Shown here: piece after piece, positions 60,483 through 64,000 of the stretch
Layout: the number at the start of each line of letters is the position of its first letter
Numbering within the stretch: position 1 is the stretch's first letter
Assembly: GCA_047495785.1 (NCBI GenBank)
Contig: JBLDXI010000021.1
Span: forward strand, 930,001 to 994,000
From: Lepidodermella squamata
Taxonomy: Eukaryota; Animalia; Gastrotricha
Length of the DNA: 64,000 nt
Reading direction: 5' to 3'
Position numbers and translations under genes: made by a program
Notes under the pieces: model-generated
The model's database searches: none
The model's input: the letters and a program-made list of their open reading frames with translations, nothing else
Told to the model about the DNA's origin: nothing

Positions 60483-61555
60483 TTAATGTTGCTGCGTCCC
60501 GTGATCGTCCATGCTGTTCGACCCCGAATCAACGCTGTCCATCGTAATGTAATGCAGATCAACTGCAGCCGGATAATTGTAGCACTCAAGTGGGACATCG
60601 ACGACTTGCGACGATGTACTCATCACCGAGATGTTTCGATTGAAACTTGGAGGTTTCAAAGTTTTCATGCCACCCTGCTGTTTCTCAGACGGCAAATCTG
60701 TAGTAGTGACCACCTTGTCTGACGTCTGCTGTGACTTGGGCGGCGAATATTTTGGCGAGATCAGGAAATAATAGACAGTGCTTGCCAAACAGCCCCCGAC
60801 TATAGGGCCAACCCAGTATACCCAGTGGTCTCTCCAGCGAAGAGTGATTACGGCAGGTCCAAACGTTCTCGCAGGATTCATGCTGGCGCCAGTAAATGGG
60901 ATCTGAAAATTGAGATATTAGGAATTTCCGAATAATTTTTTCGGCTTTTTTCGAGCATTACCCCAACAAGATGAAGAGCCGAAACGGTGAACCCAATCGT
61001 CAACGGATTTGTGATCTTCATCTTGAAGTGATCAATTCGCTTCTCGTCGAGACAGGCCGAGATTGCCAGTACTAAAATGAATGTCAGAATTATTTCTGTA
61101 CCAACACCTTGGCCTGGAGTCACATTGTTCAGCAGTTTTGTTATCCCGAGATTGACTCGATAAGGCGGCGGCAAAACCGAGTAGAGAATTCCAGCACCCA
61201 GCACACCGCCAGCAATCTGAGCAATTGTGTACAAAACTGCTCGAATCAGCGAAATTTTGCCAATGATCATGAAGGCGATGGTAACCGCCGGGTTGATGTG
61301 ACACCCTGAAACGGGGCCGAATATCTTGATTAGGATATTGACGGCGAAACCAAACGATAGCGCGATTCGAATTGTATTGGCACTGCCAACGGTTGCTTCA
61401 GGGTTTAAATGAAGGACAATCGACCCGCAGCCGATGAAAACGAAGATAGCGGTGGCGAATAGTTCGCAAAAAACAGCCCGCCAAAACGCTTGCCGGCGGA
61501 CATTTTCATGTACGATAAACGAAGGAAGCATTCTAAGAAAATTTTTAAGAGCCAT
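60483..61555 (-). CDS. Aquaporin, cluster copy e
   Basis: [10 protein letters not shown]; ALHLVG|[13 protein letters not shown]; HWVYWVGP. Confidence 0.92.
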
Positions 61556-62226
61556 TCTAAGATTAAATAAATTTTCATAAATTCCGCTTAAATTTTTGGC
61601 GTGGGTTTTTTGCCGCTCAGCCTACGCTACAGACATCGATAATAAGATATAAATCTGATGGATTAAGATGGCGTTAGGCCAGGTCATTTTTTTCAAATGC
61701 CGGGTTATTTTTCACGCAAAAAATGACGAGTCGTGTTAGCCATTTCTAATGGTATGGGTAGGTGTTATTTGGCAATAACGCTTTATAAGTATTACCGCGG
61801 TGGAAAACGTGGTTATCATCACGTGATTTCTTTCACCGTATCCATACTCTTGTTATACCATGCTTATATACCTTCCATTGTTTTTCCTATGTCAAGCAAA
61901 AAAATAATGCGTATTAAAAATTCTCATTCAGCTTCTGAGTATACACGGCAAATAAGAGGTTACGCGTAAGCGAGAAACGTCAAAACACCGCCAGACGACA
62001 TGTAAGGACAATTTTCGGTAAAATCATGGCTATAGGGGTTTTTTAGACGTGGGGTCGTAGATCACTCCAAAATGCACTCAGATCGTATTGACGCAAATTC
62101 AATATGTTCTTCCTTTGAGTTGCAGACATTAGACGGGACACGGATAAAAAAACAGAAAAAAACACTTTTTTAATTGAATGACTCATTTATACAAAATTCT
62201 ATCTGATGGCCCAATCTTATATTTTT

Positions 62227-63214
62227 TTACAAATAATCATCGTCATGCTGGCCCTCCTTCAATTCGTCTTCTTCTTCCTCGACGTAGTTACGATTATTCC
62301 GAGCTTCATCGCCTTCCCAAGTAGATGCCCGAACCTTTCGAACCACCCCTGAGGCGTGCCGGTGCAGAAAATGACGAGGTTTCCGCGCGAAAGCAATTCT
62401 GAAGAAAACAGCGGCTAAACAAGCCCCAATATACGGGCCAATCCAATAAATCCAGTGACTTTTCCACGTCCCAGTTAAAATCGCCGGGGCAATGCTTCTC
62501 GCTGGATTCATACTCACCGTAGTATACGGCAGCTGAAATTTTCAGATATGAAAAATATCGGTAAAATATCGAAATTTACCAGAGATATAGTTAGGGCGAA
62601 ATAAGCTATTCCAACACGTTGAGCTGAAACAAAGCTAACAATAGCTTTCACCTCGCGGTGTTCGTCTGAGCAAAGAATGAAGAACACAACGAGGAATGTC
62701 GCGATTAATTCAACGTAAAAACCGCTCGCCGGTGTGACGTCGCTCCATAATATTGTCGCTCCTAATTGACCTCGTTTATCGAAGGGGCAGACAAAATAAA
62801 GTGCGCATGACCCGAAAATTCCGCCAAAAATTTGCGCCAATGTGTACAAAATGCAGCGTAGTAGCGTCGTTCTCCCGATCAAAAATAGACCTTGAAAATA
62901 ATTTATTTTTAAATTTTCGATTTAAAATTGAAAATTTATAAACCGAGTGAAAATGCTGGGTTGAAATTCGCCCCACTTGAAGGCTCGAAAACGAAATCTG
63001 TGACAGCATAAGCAAAGCCGGTTGTGTAAGCGGTGACGAAGATGTTGATAGGATCTGTTGGCGCTTTGTTATCTTGCATCGAAGTCAGCAACATAGTGCC
63101 GCATGTCAGGAATACGACCAAAGCAGTGCCGATAAATTCTGCTAGAACAGCCCGCCATAATTTTTTCGAGGAGAAATATTCACAAATCGTGAAAGGCGTC
63201 CTTACAACAGTCAT
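62227..63214 (-). CDS. Aquaporin, cluster copy f (most divergent, 3 exons)
   Basis: LWRAVLAEFIGT; SGANFNPAFS; PYTTVSMNPARS; HWIYWIGP; acidic tail. Confidence 0.88.
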
Positions 63215-63606
63215 TTATGGTTAATATATAGGACTTATGAGCAATAGAATTAACAGCAGCGCGGCCGGCTGAAATTCTCGAATCTTTAATCTATGTCAAG
63301 ACATTAGCGTCTTACAAACCGTTATCTTAATGCTATCAGCGACTTTTGTCATCAAAACAAGGCTGCGGAGGAGGCTGAAAAGAATGCAGCACAGAGTGTA
63401 TCGACTTGTGCATTATGGACTCAGTAGTTTCATTTGATAAGAGACGGTACGCGCCTCAACCTTTTTGCAGCGATGAGATGGGAATTGCTTATAACAAAAC
63501 TCTGCTATAGGGTATTTAATCAATTTCTTCCAACCGGAAAAATACAGACGCAAATTGAAGACCGCACTTAATCACCGACTTGTTGTCACTACGTCGGGTT
63601 TATGCG

Positions 63607-63939
63607 TTATTTTTTGTTATTTCCCAGCAACTCCCAGCAACGATGTGCTGAAATTCCGTTGCCGCTGCTTGGAAAAGCTCGCAGAATATTACAAGAGTTA
63701 ACGAAGGTCACACCTGATCTGGAAGTTTCGAGTGTGTACCGTTTTAGTGTGATTGCCTGCGCAAGCTGGAGGTGTGAAAATGCGTCCAGCATCGAAAAAA
63801 ATCGACTTGGCGGCTGTCCCGCATTCAGTAGAGTCAAATCAGCCGCAATAAAAGTGCAACACAGAAATTTGTGGGGCATCGGTATTTTTCTAGAAGTATT
63901 TCGTTCGATTCCAGCGGTTGCGCAGGCAGCCACACGATG
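63607..63939 (-). CDS. Probable terminal exon of a gene extending beyond the window
   Basis: AT-rich intron-like stretch ending TTTTCAG at 63940, followed by a 110-codon open frame. Product not recognised. Confidence 0.35.
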   Translation of the reverse strand, partial: HRVAACATAGIERNTSRKIPMPHKFLCCTFIAADLTLLNAGQPPSRFFSMLDAFSHLQLAQAITLKRYTLETSRSGVTFVNSCNILRAFPSSGNGISAHRCWELLGNNKK

Positions 63940-64000
63940 CTGAAAATTTTCGAAATTTTCATTCTTCATTTTCTAATATTCAAAATTGCCAATGGTGTGT

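Overview
Gene-dense eukaryotic DNA, almost certainly from an animal (invertebrate), with very short GT-AG introns (mostly 46-56 bp). The ORF track therefore fragments most genes, so I spliced them by hand. Left to right: two intronless multi-ubiquitin-like genes plus a frameshifted third copy; a FEM1-like ankyrin/NEK-kinase fusion; a RING-B-box-coiled-coil (TRIM-like) protein ending in ankyrin repeats; an unknown 750-aa helical protein; two paralogous CCHC zinc-knuckle genes; an aquaporin; a PAN-PAN-thaumatin gene and a PAN-PAN gene; a 2x L-type-lectin-Ig receptor; an SLC18B1-like MFS transporter; four tandem Cys-loop channel genes; a secreted ankyrin-Sushi-NHL gene; and six tandem aquaporins interrupted by a young 1.1-kb foldback DNA transposon. 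Headline finding (32.2-46.7 kb, minus strand): three of the four Cys-loop (pentameric ligand-gated ion channel) genes splice in frame to a signal peptide, two L-type-lectin-like domains and a Ser/Thr mucin stalk of variable length. The fourth has only the signal peptide and a short stalk. All four join the channel exon through the same phase-1 intron after a conserved M-x-[TS]-[DE]-[NS]-F|D motif. They lack acetylcholine-site residues. My inference is a lectin-tethered, possibly glycan-sensing or microbe-sensing ion-channel family. All domain calls are by eye, and no database searches were run.
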